In this document: positions 12,873-26,749 of the stretch, piece after piece | Numbering within the stretch: position 1 is the first letter of the stretch | Layout of the letters: each line of letters opens with the position of its first letter | Origin: Eledone cirrhosa | Lineage: Eukaryota | Direction: 5' to 3' | DNA: 64,000 nucleotides | Assembly: GCA_964016885.1 (NCBI GenBank) | Contig: CAXHJY010001173.1 | Span: 62,001-126,000 of the forward strand | The notes under the pieces: model-generated | Databases searched by the model: none | The model's input: only the letters and a program-made list of their open reading frames with translations | What the model was told of the DNA's origin: nothing | Position numbers and translations under genes: made by a program

Positions 12873-13660
12873 AAGTGTATGACAAATGTTTCCACATAAT
12901 GCGTTTTTGTACTAATTATACAGGTGCAATGCTATGAGGAGATTGGAGAGAAAAATGATGTTATAAGATTGATTCTGACCATCCCCCAAAAAAACGGAAA
13001 GCAAACTAAAGAACTTATATAGATGGTAAAATTTTAATTATTTTCAAATCAGATAGCAAGTAAAAAAAACTTACTTAAGAAGGGTAAAATTCCAAGTTTT
13101 CTGCTGTTTCATGGGTGAAAAATATAATTGTTTCTACTTTTGGCACAACGCCAGCAATTACCCCAGTGTATTACTGGTACTTTATTTTATCGACCCCGTA
13201 AGGATGAAAGGCAAAGTTAACCTCAGCGGGATTTGAACTCAGACCACAAAGGGCCATAACGCTATGCGCCAAAGCATGGCGTCCGACCCTCTACCGATAC
13301 TGCCAATCCACCGCTTTGGGTGAAAAATATAATGGCAAGAACCATAAGATGAAACACTCATCAGAGGAAGTTGTCATCTTACTTAACACATTATAAATTA
13401 CTCATCTTCATAGCTTCAAACAGGCTTTGAACTTACATGGTGAGGGAGAGTAATAATATGAGGGCAAAGACAGGCCAGTCTGTAGCACTTTGATTAACGT
13501 ATACTTTTGTCAGACAATATCATTAATTATTTTATGTATTAATCAATATTTTAGTATATATATATATATGTATATATAAGGTAAACAGAAATAACAACAG
13601 AATCGGTACAGTATATGGAAGGTATATATTAGGTTAACGCTTGATATAGCAGGAAGAGTG

Positions 13661-13696
13661 TCTTAACGTTTCGGACACTAGTCCTTCATTAGAAGA
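13661..13696 (-). ncRNA. Minimal type I hammerhead with mutated core (CUAAUGA) in a pLTR remnant
   Basis: UCUU-CUAAUGA-A-GGAC-UAGU-GUCC-GAAAC-GUU-AAGA; palindromic stem III AACGUU. Confidence 0.7.
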
Positions 13697-14972
13697 AAGA
13701 ATGAGAAATAAAATAGATTAAGGGGACGGGCGGGTTGGAATTGGAAAAAATGTCTTTAGATAAAAATAATAGGCCCATTCATGTTGACATCTCTTAAATG
13801 AGTAAACGTGGTTGGTGTTAGGAAGGGCATCCAGTCGTAGAAAACCCGCCAGACGTGTAGGTGTCATGACAAAAACACACACAGTCCACGCTGTAATGTG
13901 GTCGAGTAGGTAACACGGTAAAAACCTCCCAGTCCACACTGTAAACGTGGTTGGTGTTAGGAAGGGCATCCAGCCGTAGAAAACCCGCCAGACGTGTAGG
14001 TGTTATGACAAAAAAACACACAGTCCACGCTGTAATGTGGCCATGTAGGTAACACGGTAAAAACCTCCCAGTCCACACTGCAAACGTGGTTGGTGTTAGG
14101 AAGGGCATCCAGCCGTAGAAAACCCGCCAGACAGTCCTATACGAGCAAGACAACCAATCTTGCCTCAAGTGGCAAAACTCCCGTCCAAACCCATGCAAGC
14201 ATGGAAGATGGACGTTAAACGATGATGATGATGATAATGAGTGAAAGCAGCAATTCTTTGCTTAAAATTTAATCTATACATAAATATTTGCTTTATGGGT
14301 TTTTTATATATATATATATATTTTATATATATATATATTTTATATATATATAATCCTTATCGACCCTTCGGATTTTAATCATCACATTATTACTATATAT
14401 ATCATCATCATCATCAGGTTTAGCGTCCGTGTTCCACGCTTGCATGGGTTTGGACGGGGGTTTTCCCACTTGAGGCAAGAGTGGTTGTCTTGCTCGCATA
14501 GGACTGTCTGGCGGGTTTTCTACAGTTGGATGCCCTTCCTAACACCAACCACATTTACAGTGTGGGGCTGGGAGGTTTTTACCGTGTTGCCTACACGGCC
14601 ACATTACAGCGTGGACTGTCTGGCGGGTTTTCTACAGCTGGATGCCCTTCCTAACACCAACCACATTTACAGTGTGGGGCTGGGAGGTTTTTACCGTGTT
14701 GCCTACACGGCCACATTTACAGCGTGGACTGTGTGTTTTTTGTCGTGACACCTACACGATCTCATTTGTTTCGGCCTGGATGTTGTGGGACCAACATAAC
14801 TTTACATTGAAAGGGGCGGTGTGGGTGGGGTGGAGGTGGTGGGACGGGGGTGTGTTTTGATAGAGATGCCTACTGACTGTAGTAGGTTTTTACTTTGTAT
14901 TTAGGTAAGGCGGGTCTTCTCTATTACTGAGTACCGCCAAAGGTCTCGGTCCAGTGACATTGTCTTGGAGAG

Positions 14973-15003
<31 letters not shown>

Positions 15004-16394
15004 CCTCATCATCATAACTATTTGACATCCATTTTCCCATGCTAGCATGGGTTAGACAGGTTGCCCTGTTGTGGGCAATCCCAGGTCAGGTGACCATGTC
15101 TTGCTCATACAGAATTAATTCTGGCTTGATTTCTACAGCTGGATGCCCTTCCTAACGCCAACCTCATTTACAGTGGGTGCTGGGTGCTTTTTTTCTGTGG
15201 CACCTCCACGTCCACTTTACAGTGTGGGCTGGGTGCTTTTTTGTCGTGACACCTCCACGACCACTTTGCAGTGGGAGGGGGTGGGAGCATATTGTCTATA
15301 TGCTTCAGCTTCATCTCGTACCTGTGCGAAGTCGGGTCTTCTGTTTTATTGCGTGACGTCAGAGGTCACAGTCCTGTGTCATCGCCATTGAGAGGTGCAA
15401 TTGGGCACCTCTCAATGGCGATGACACAGACCTCATCCTAGGTCTTCTTGGGTCTCCCCATTCCGCGGCTTCCATCGACTTTGAGTGCTCTGCACCTTTT
15501 TATACAACTGCTATCCTTCATACACATCACATGTCGATACCAATGCTACCCCCTCTCCTGCACACACCATTTGATTCCTCTTATGTTCAGTCTTTCTCTT
15601 AGTTTGTTTATGCTTCACCGTTCTTGTATATTACTATTTCACATCCACTGGAGCATGCAAGTTTTAAATTTATGCCTAAAAAACTCTATTTAGGGAAGTA
15701 TAATTCAGACTGAAATAAGAGGGTCTCACTCATATAAATGTCTCCCTACCATGGTTTCAAAAACAGAAGAACCACTTGCGATCATTTCAAATTATTCGGA
15801 CAACCAATAAGGCAAGAATTCGCTTTGTCGTCAAGGGAGAATTCTTTGAAAAAAAGAGGAGTATTAATCATAAATTATACATACAATTTTTGAGACGAAA
15901 CTGCATGCTGTTCAACACATTGATTTTCGAACCTACTACTAAATGATCAAGTCTCTCTCTGTATATTAGGACAGTGTGGTGGGCTTCCTATACATACAAA
16001 CAACCCCAAACCTTCCCTCTACATACAAACAACCCTAAACCTTCCCTCTACATAAAAACAACCCTAAACTTAATTACATGTACCCTGATGCGAACTGAAA
16101 ATTTAAAAAAAAAAAAAAATTGTTTTGTGGAATCGTAATTTTGTACGCTTCAAAGGTAGAAATTCAAATAAATGTTCATAGAAGTAAGAAATAAAAGTGA
16201 AATAACAATAAAGTTTTATGTTGGAGGTTAGGGAAAGGCTTTCACCAAAACCTCTGCCACGCTGTGGGGCAAGAGATGAAGTACTTCCATTATGCCACAC
16301 CTTTCCCCGAAGCCCCTAGAAGATGATGCCACAACTAAATTCTAAAAGTTCTTATTTTGAAGAATTTAATTAACTTGAAGAAAAACCAGTGAAA

Positions 16395-16468
16395 CCACTA
16401 CTACTACCACTACTACAATGACCATTTCAACTACTACTACTACTACCACTGTCACAATGGCCATTACA

Positions 16469-16503
<35 letters not shown>

Positions 16504-16793
16504 CACTACCACAATGACCATTACAACTACTACTACTACCACTGTCACAATGGCCATTACAACCACTACTACTACTACCACTGTCACAATGGCCATTACA
16601 ACCACTACTACTACTACTACCACTGTCACAATGACCATTACAACCACTACTACTACTACTACTACTACTACCACTGTCACAATGACCATTACAACCACTA
16701 CCACTACTACTACTACCACTGTCACAATGACCATTACAACCACTACCACTACTACTACTACTACTACCACTGTCACAATGACCATTACAACCA

Positions 16794-16827
<34 letters not shown>

Positions 16828-16907
16828 CACTGTCACAATGACCATTACAACCACTACCACTACTACTACTACCACTGTCACAATGACCATTACAACCACT
16901 ACCACTA

Positions 16908-16950
<43 letters not shown>

Positions 16951-17032
16951 CACTGTCACAATGACCATTACAACCACTACCACTACTACTACTATTACTA
17001 CCACTGTCACAATGACCATTACAACCACTACC

Positions 17033-17064
<32 letters not shown>

Positions 17065-17132
17065 TGTCACAATGACCATTACAACCACTACTACTACTAC
17101 TACTACCACTGTCACAATGACCATTACAACCA

Positions 17133-17163
<31 letters not shown>

Positions 17164-17285
17164 CACTGTCACAATGACCATTACAACCACTACCACTACC
17201 ACTACTACTACTACCACTGTCACAATGACCATTACAACCACTACTACTACTACTACTACCACTGTCACAATGACCATTACAACCA

Positions 17286-17316
<31 letters not shown>

Positions 17317-17719
17317 CACTGTCACAATGACCATTACAACCACTACCACTACCACTACTACTACTACCACTGTCACAATGACCATTACAACCACTACTAC
17401 TACTACTACTACTACCACTGTCACAATAACCATTACAACCACTACCACTACTACCACTACTACTACTACTTCCACTGTCACAATGACCATTACAACCACT
17501 ACCACTACTACTACTACTACCACTATCACTATCACAATGACCATTACAACCACTACCACTACAACCACTACTACTACTACTACTGCCACTGTCACAATAA
17601 CCATTACAACCACCACCACCACCACTACTACTACTACTACTACCACTGTCACAATGACCATTACAACCACTACCACTACTACCACTACTACTACTACCAC
17701 TGTCACAATGACCATTACA

Positions 17720-17752
<33 letters not shown>

Positions 17753-17830
17753 GCCACTGTGACAATGACCATTACAACCACTACCACTACTACCACTACT
17801 ACTACTACCACTGTCACAATGACCATTACA

Positions 17831-17871
<41 letters not shown>

Positions 17872-18091
17872 CACTACTACTACTGTCACAATGACCATTA
17901 CAACCACTACTACCACTACTACTACTACTACTACCACTGTCACAATGACCATTACAACCACTACCACTACTACCACTACTACCACTGTCACAATGACCAT
18001 TACAACCACTACCACTACTACCACTACTACTACTGTCACAATGACCACTACTACCACCACTACTACTACCACTGTCACAATGACCATTACA

Positions 18092-18139
<48 letters not shown>

Positions 18140-18325
18140 GCCACTGTCACAATGACCATTACAACCACTACCACTACTACTACTACTACTACTACTATTA
18201 CTACCACTGTCACAATGACCATTACAACCACTACCAATACTACTACTACTACTACTACCACTGTCACAATGACCATTACAACCACTACTACTACTACTAC
18301 TACCACTGTCACAATGACCATTACA

Positions 18326-18357
<32 letters not shown>

Positions 18358-18565
18358 CACTATCACAATGACCATTACAACCACTACTACTACTACTACT
18401 ACCACTATCACAATGACCATTACAACCACTACTACTACTACTACTACTACTACCACTATCACAATGACCATTACAACCACTACTACTACTACTACTACTG
18501 CCACTGTCACAATGACCATTTCAACCACCACCACTACTACTACCACTGTCACAATGACCATTACA

Positions 18566-18606
<41 letters not shown>

Positions 18607-18664
18607 CACTACTACTACTACTACTACCACTGTCACAATAACCATTACAGCCACCACCACCACC

Positions 18665-18697
<33 letters not shown>

Positions 18698-18798
18698 GCC
18701 ACTGTCACAATGACCATTACAACCACGATTACTACTAGCAACACCACTACCATTACCATTACCACCACCACCATTAACACCACCACTACCACTACTAC
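16395..18798. repeat. Compound trinucleotide minisatellite: (ACT/ACC)n punctuated by gtcacaatgaccattaca
   Basis: Directly visible. All length variation is in multiples of 3, which gives the poly-Thr and poly-Val ORFs. Confidence 0.95.
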
Positions 18799-18964
18799 AA
18801 AGAAGCATTTGTTGTGACTTCATGAAAGAATTCTGTCTGCTGCTCTTGTAAAGTTTTCTTTTAATTAACATAGTGAAGATTTCACAACTTTGGTAAGGTT
18901 AGAAAGTCTGAGTGGAATATTTTGTATTTTAGTCAACATTCCATCAAATATATTTATTTATTTG

Positions 18965-19445
18965 TTTTCTTATTTTTTACAGTTTTTTTTAGTGTTTTTT
19001 ACTTACAGTTTTTCATTTAGTTTTTTATTTACAGTTTTTTTATTAACAGTTTTTTATTTAGTTTTTATTTACAGTTTTTTTATTAACGGTTTTTTATTTA
19101 CAGTTTTTTTATTTAGTTTTTTATTTACAGTTTTTTATTTAGTTTTTTTATTTAGATTTTTATTTAGTTTTTTATTTAGTTTTTTATTTAGATTTTTATT
19201 TACAGTTTTTTTATTTACAGTTTTTTTATTTAGTTTTTTTATTTACAGTTTTTTATTTAGTTTTTTTATTTAGATTTTTATTTAGTTTTTTATTTAGTTT
19301 TTTTATTTACAGTTTTTTTATTAACAGTTTTTTTATTTACAGTTTTTTTATTTACAGTTTTTTTATTTACAGTTTTTTTATTTACAGTTTTTTTATTAAC
19401 AGTTTTTTTATTAACAGTTTTTTATTTACAGTTTTTTATTTACAG
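18965..19445 (+). repeat. T-rich 10-16 bp minisatellite (tttttttatttacag)n
   Basis: Directly visible. Confidence 0.9.
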
Positions 19446-19663
19446 CTTTCTGCCACCATAGAGTGTTGTTATTAAGAAACAGCAAAATTTATGCAATATT
19501 CTATGTAAGAAGCAACAAAAGCAACAAACATTTGAAGGACAGGGGTTAGTTTTGTGAGACTCCAAGTAGGATGAGAGGTTTCATTCCCATCCTTTATCAG
19601 GCAATTTCTTATGGCTGCAGGTCCTTATTGGGGTTAAATCTTTTAGTCACCTTTTATAATACG

Positions 19664-22600
19664 CAGTAGTACAGTGTACTAATGTTCTGTCTTCATATAT
19701 ATTACTACTAAACAGTAGTACAGTGTACTAATGTTCTGTCTTCATATATATTACTACTAAACAGTAGTACAGTGTACTAATGTTATGTCTTCATATATAT
19801 TACTACTAAACAGTAGTACAGTGTACTAATGTTCTGTCTTCATATATATTACTACTAAACAGTAGTACAGTGTACTAATGTTATGTCTTCATATATATTA
19901 CTACTAAACAGTAGTACAGTGTACTAATGTTATGTCTTCATATATATTACTACTAAACAGTAGTACAGTGTACTAATGTTATGTCTTCATATATATTACT
20001 ACTAAACAGTAGTACAGTGTACTAATGTTATGTTGTTATATATATTACTACTAAACAGTAGTACAGTGTACTAATGTTATGTCTTCATATATATTACTAC
20101 TAAACAGTAGTACAGTGTACTAATGTTCTGTCTTCATATATATTACTACTAAACAGTAGTACAGTGTACTAATGTTCTGTCTTCATATATATTACTACTA
20201 AACAGTAGTACAGTGTACTAATGTTATGTCTTCATATATATTACTACTAAACAGTAGTGTACTAATCTTCTGTCTTCATATATATTACTACTAAACAGTA
20301 GTACATTGTACTAATGTTATGTCTTCATATATATTACTACTAAACAGTAGTACAGTGTACTAATGTTATGTTGTTATATATATTACTACTAAACAGTAGT
20401 ACACTCTACCAGTGTTCTGTCTTCATATATATTACTACTAAACAGTAGTACAGTGTACTAATCTTCTGTCTTCATATATATTACTACTAAACAGTAGTAC
20501 AATGTACTAATCTTCTGTCTTCATATATATTACTACTAAACAGTAGTACAGTTTACTAATCTTCTGTCTTCATATATATTACTACTAAACAGTAGTACAG
20601 TGTACTAATGTTCTGTCTTCATATATATTACTACTAAACAGTAGTACAGTGTACTAATGTTATGTTGTTATATATATTACTACTAAACAGTAGTACAGTG
20701 TACTAATGTTCTGTCTTCATATATATTACTACTAAACAGTAGTACAGTGTACTAATCTTCTGTCTTCATATATATTACTACTAAACAGTAGTACAGTGTA
20801 CTAATGTTATGTCTTCATATATATTACTACTAAACAGTAGTACAGTGTACTAATGTTATGTCTTCATATATATTACTACTAAACAGTAGTACAGTGTACT
20901 AATGTTCTGTCTTCATATATATTACTACTAAACAGTAGTACAGTGTACTAATGTTCTGTCTTCATATATATTACTACTAAACAGTAGTACAGTGTACTAA
21001 TCTTCTGTCTTCATATATATTACTACTAAACAGTAGTACAGTGTACTAATGTTATGTCTTCATATATATTACTACTAAACAGTAGTACAGTGTACTAATC
21101 TTCTGTCTTCATATATATTACTACTAAACAGTAGTACAGTGTACTAATGTTATGTCTTCATATATATTACTACTAAACAGTAGTACAGTGTACTAATGTT
21201 ATGTCTTCATATATATTACTACTAAACAGTAGTACAGTGTACTAATGTTCTGTCTTCATATATATTACTACTAAACAGTAGTACAGTGTACTAATGTTCT
21301 GTCTTCATATATATTACTACTAAACAGTAGTACAGTGTACTAATCTTCTGTCTTCATATATATTACTACTAAACAGTAGTACAGTGTACTAATGTTATGT
21401 CTTCATATATATTACTACTAAACAGTAGTACAGTGTACTAATCTTCTGTCTTCATATATATTACTACTAAACAGTAGTACAGTGTACTAATCTTCTGTCT
21501 TCATATATATTACTACTAAACAGTAGTACAGTGTACTAATCTTCTGTCTTCATATATATTACTACTAAACAGTAGTACAGTGTACTAATCTTCTGTCTTC
21601 ATATATATTACTACTAAACAGTAGTACAATGTACTAATCTTCTGTCTTCATATATATTACTACTAAACAGTAGTACAGTGTACTAATGTTATGTCTTCAT
21701 ATATATTACTACTAAACAGTAGTACAGTTTACTAATCTTCTGTCTTCATATATATTACTACTAAACAGTAGTACAATGTACTAATCTTCTGTCTTCATAT
21801 ATATTACTACTAAACAGTAGTACAGTGTACTAATGTTATGTCTTCATATATATTACTACTAAACAGTAGTACAGTTTACTAATCTTCTGTCTTCATATAT
21901 ATTACTACTAAACAGTAGTACACTGTACTAATGTTCTGTCTTCATATATATTACTACTAAACAGTAGTACAGTGTACTAATGTTATGTCTTCATATATAT
22001 TACTACTAAACAGTAGTACAGTGTACTAATGTTATGTCTTCATATATATTACTACTAAACAGTAGTACAGTGTACTAATGTTATGTCTTCATATATATTA
22101 CTACTAAACAGTAGTACAGTGTACTAATGTTCTGTCTTCATATATATTACTACTAAACAGTAGTACAGTGTACTAATCTTCTGTCTTCATATATATTACT
22201 ACTAAACAGTAGTACAGTGTACTAATGTTATGTTGTTATATATATTACTACTAAACAGTAGTACAGTGTACTAATGTTCTGTCTTCATATATATTACTAC
22301 TAAACAGTAGTACAGTGTACTAATCTTCTGTCTTCATATATATTACTACTAAACAGTAGTACAGTGTACTAATGTTCTGTCTTCATATATATTACTACTA
22401 AACAGTAGTACAGTGTACTAATGTTCTGTCTTCATATATATTACTACTAAACAGTAGTACAGTGTACTAATGTTCTGTCTTCATATATATTACTACTAAA
22501 CAGTAGTACAGTGTACTAATGTTATGTCTTCATATATATTACTACTAAACAGTAGTACAGTGTACTAATCTTCTGTCTTCATATATATTACTACTAAACA

Positions 22601-25288
22601 GTAGTACAGTGTACTAATCTTCTGTCTTCATATATATTACTACTAAACAGTAGTACAGTGTACTAATCTTCTGTCTTCATATATATTACTACTAAACAGT
22701 AGTACAGTGTACTAATGTTCTGTCTTCATATATATTACTACTAAACAGTAGTACAGTGTACTAATGTTCTGTCTTCATATATATTACTACTAAACAGTAG
22801 TACAGTGTACTAATCTTCTGTCTTCATATATATTACTACTAAACAGTAGTACAGTGTACTAATCTTCTGTCTTCATATATATTACTACTAAACAGTAGTA
22901 CAGTGTACTAATCTTCTGTCTTCATATATATTACTACTAAACAGTAGTACAGTGTACTAATGTTATGTCTTCATATATATTACTACTAAACAGTAGTACA
23001 GTGTACTAATCTTCTGTCTTCATATATATTACTACTAAACAGTAGTACAGTGTACTAATGTTATGTCTTCATATATATTACTACTAAACAGTAGTACAGT
23101 GTACTAATGTTATGTCTTCATATATATTACTACTAAACAGTAGTACAGTGTACTAATGTTATGTCTTCATATATATTACTACTAAACAGTAGTACAATGT
23201 ACTAATCTTCTGTCTTCATATATATTACTACTAAACAGTAGTACAGTGTACTAATCTTCTGTCTTCATATATATTACTACTAAACAGTAGTACAGTGTAC
23301 TAATGTTATGTCTTCATATATATTACTACTAAACAGTAGTACAGTGTACTAATCTTCTGTCTTCATATATATTACTACTAAACAGTAGTACAGTGTACTA
23401 ATGTTATGTCTTTATATATATTACTACTAAACAGTAGTACAGTGTACTAATCTTCTGTCTTCATATATATTACTACTAAACAGTAGTACAGTGTACTAAT
23501 CTTCTGTCTTCATATATATTACTACTAAACAGTAGTACAATGTACTAATCTTCTGTCTTCATATATATTACTACTAAACAGTAGTACAGTGTACTAATGT
23601 TATGTCTTCATATATATTACTACTAAACAGTAGTACAGTGTACTAATGTTATGTCTTCATATATATTACTACTAAACAGTAGTACAGTGTACTAATCTTC
23701 TGTCTTCATATATATTACTACTAAACAGTAGTACAGTGTACTAATCTTCTGTCTTCATATATATTACTACTAAACAGTAGTACAGTGTACTAATGTTATG
23801 TCTTCATATATATTACTACTAAACAGTAGTACAGTGTACTAATCTTCTGTCTTCATATATATTACTACTAAACAGTAGTACAGTGTACTAATGTTATGTC
23901 TTCATATATATTACTACTAAACAGTAGTACAGTGTACTAATGTTATGTCTTCATATATATTACTACTAAACAGTAGTACAGTGTACTAATGTTATGTCTT
24001 CATATATATTACTACTAAACAGTAGTACAGTGTACTAATGTTATGTCTTCATATATATTACTACTAAACAGTAGTACAGTGTACTAATGTTATGTCTTCA
24101 TATATATTACTACTAAACAGTAGTACAGTGTACTAATGTTATGTTGTTATATATATTACTACTAAACAGTAGTACAGTGTACTAATGTTATGTCTTCATA
24201 TATATTACTACTAAACAGTAGTACAGTGTACTAATGTTATGTCTTCATATATATTACTACTAAACAGTAGTACAGTGTACTAATGTTATGTCTTCATATA
24301 TATTACTACTAAACAGTAGTACAGTGTACTAATGTTCTGTCTTCATATATATTACTACTAAACAGTAGTACAGTGTACTAATGTTCTGTCTTCATATATA
24401 TTACTACTAAACAGTAGTACAGTGTACTAATCTTCTGTCTTCATATATATTACTACTAAACAGTAGTACAGTGTACTAATCTTCTGTCTTCATATATATT
24501 ACTACTAAACAGTAGTACAGTGTACTAATGTTATGTCTTCATATATATTACTACTAAACAGTAGTACAGTGTACTAATGTTATGTCTTCATATATATTAC
24601 TACTAAACAGTAGTACAGTGTACTAATGTTCTGTCTTCATATATATTACTACTAAACAGTAGTACAGTGTACTAATGTTCTGTCTTCATATATATTACTA
24701 CTAAACAGTAGTGTACTAATGTTATGTCTTCATATATATTACTACTAAACAGTAGTACAGTGTACTAATGTTATGTCTTCATATATATTACTACTAAACA
24801 GTAGTACAGTGTACTAATGTTCTGTCTTCATATATATTACTACTAAACAGTAGTACAGTGTACTAATGTTATGTTGTTATATATATTACTACTAAACAGT
24901 AGTACAGTGTACTAATCTTCTGTCTTCATATATATTACTACTAAACAGTAGTACAGTGTACTAATCTTCTGTCTTCATATATATAACTACTAAACAGTAG
25001 TACACTGTACTAATGTTCTGTCTTCATATATATTACTACTAAACAGTAGTACAGTGTACTAATGTTCTGTCTTCATATATATTACTACTAAACAGTAGTA
25101 CAGTGTACTAATGTTCTGTCTTCATATATATTACTACTAAACAGTAGTACAGTGTACTAATGTTCTGTCTTCATATATATTACTACTAAACAGTAGTACA
25201 ATGTACTAATGTTATGTCTTCATATATATTACTACTAAACAGTAGTACAGTGTACTAATGTTCTGTCTTCATATATATTACTACTAAA
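19664..25288. repeat. 49-bp tandem satellite, ~115 units
   Basis: Unit cagtagtacagtgtactaatgttctgtcttcatatatattactactaaa; period measured 19713 to 19762; variants gttct/gttat/cttct. Confidence 0.97.
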
Positions 25289-25921
25289 CTCACCTCCATA
25301 TCTTTACATTCATTATTCAGTGTAGAAGGCCAATGGATGGGTAGAATCTTTAGTGGATGAAATGTTATGCTGTATTTCACTTCGGCTTTTTACATTCTGG
25401 TTTCAAATTCCACTGAGGTCAACTTTGCCTTTCATCCTTTTGACGATGATCAAATCTAATACTAGCCAAGTACTGGTGTCAAAATAACCTACTTTCTATC
25501 TAAATGTTTCACCAATAAAAACAATCACTGAAAACTTGGAGGGTAAGGACAATCGTTTAACCGATAGATAGTTGGACAAAATTCTGAGGTGAAATACTAC
25601 AACTTTACCTTTCATCCTTCTGGAGTTTGCTAGTACCAGTCATGTACTGGGAGCCAATATAATCAACCCCCTCTCTCCTTCCATATTGCTGGCATTCAGC
25701 CTAAATTAGAAATCATTAAGGGCGGTGGATTGGCAGTATCAGTAGAGGGTCGGACGCCATGCTTTCCAGCATAGAGTTACGTCCCTTTACGGTCTGAGTT
25801 CAAATCCCGCGAAAGTTAACTTTGCCTTTCATCCTTTCGGGGTTGATAAAATAAAGTACCAGTAATGCACTGGGATAATTGCTGGCCTTGTGCCAAAAGT
25901 AGAAACAATTACGTATTTACA

Positions 25922-26272
25922 TGGAGGCACATGGCTTAGTGGTTAGAGCATTGGCCTTGCAATCGAAAGGTTGTGAGTTCAATTCTCAGACCGGGTGATG
26001 TGTTGTTTCCTTGAGCAAGACACTTTATTTCACATTGCTCCAGTTTACTCAGCTGTAGAAATGAGATGATAGGGACTGGGGTCCCTATCATTCCACTGCA
26101 AAGTGGTCGTGGAGGTGCCACGCAAAAAAAGCACCCAGCACTCACTGTAAATGAGGTTGGTGTTAGGAAGGGCATCCAGCTGTAGAAATCAAGCCAGAAT
26201 CAGTTCCCGTCCCACCCTTGCAAGCAGGGAAAAGCGGACGTAAAATGAAATGATGATGATGATGATGATGAT
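25922..26272 (+). mobile_element. Full-length tRNA/V-like SINE with RTE tail
   Basis: As 12535-12872; flanked by an atttaca direct repeat. Confidence 0.9.
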
Positions 26273-26749
26273 TTACAAACAGAAATAAAAAGTTATGCTT
26301 GGAACCAATCTCAACCTGAAAGCAGCCAATGAGGAAATTTAATGAACTGCAAAGCCTTATTGAAAAATTACTTATTCTTCCAACACATCATACAATCTAC
26401 ATTATCTGCAATTCATTTTCATTCCCAAGACTAATTTTAAGACTCTTCCCTTGTATTCATACAATGACATTCATACTTATGGTGCTTCATGAATTTTGTT
26501 GAAAATGCTAATTAAACGTCTGTATGCTATCTAGGTGGCTTATTCATTATTCAGAGCAAGAGACATTCACAACACAAAATATCATCAACACCAATTCATT
26601 CATTTCTAAGATAGTAAAGTGATGATGACAGTGATGGTGGTGGTGATGGTAGTCGGGATGATGGTGGTGGTGATGATGGTGGTGATGGTTATGACGGCAG
26701 TGGTGGCAATGGTGTAGAGTAAACTTTGAAAGAGATTTTGTTCCTAATT

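Noticed and set aside
25922-25995. tRNA-Ala gene
   Set aside because: tRNA-like head of a multi-copy SINE; acceptor and T stems do not close properly.
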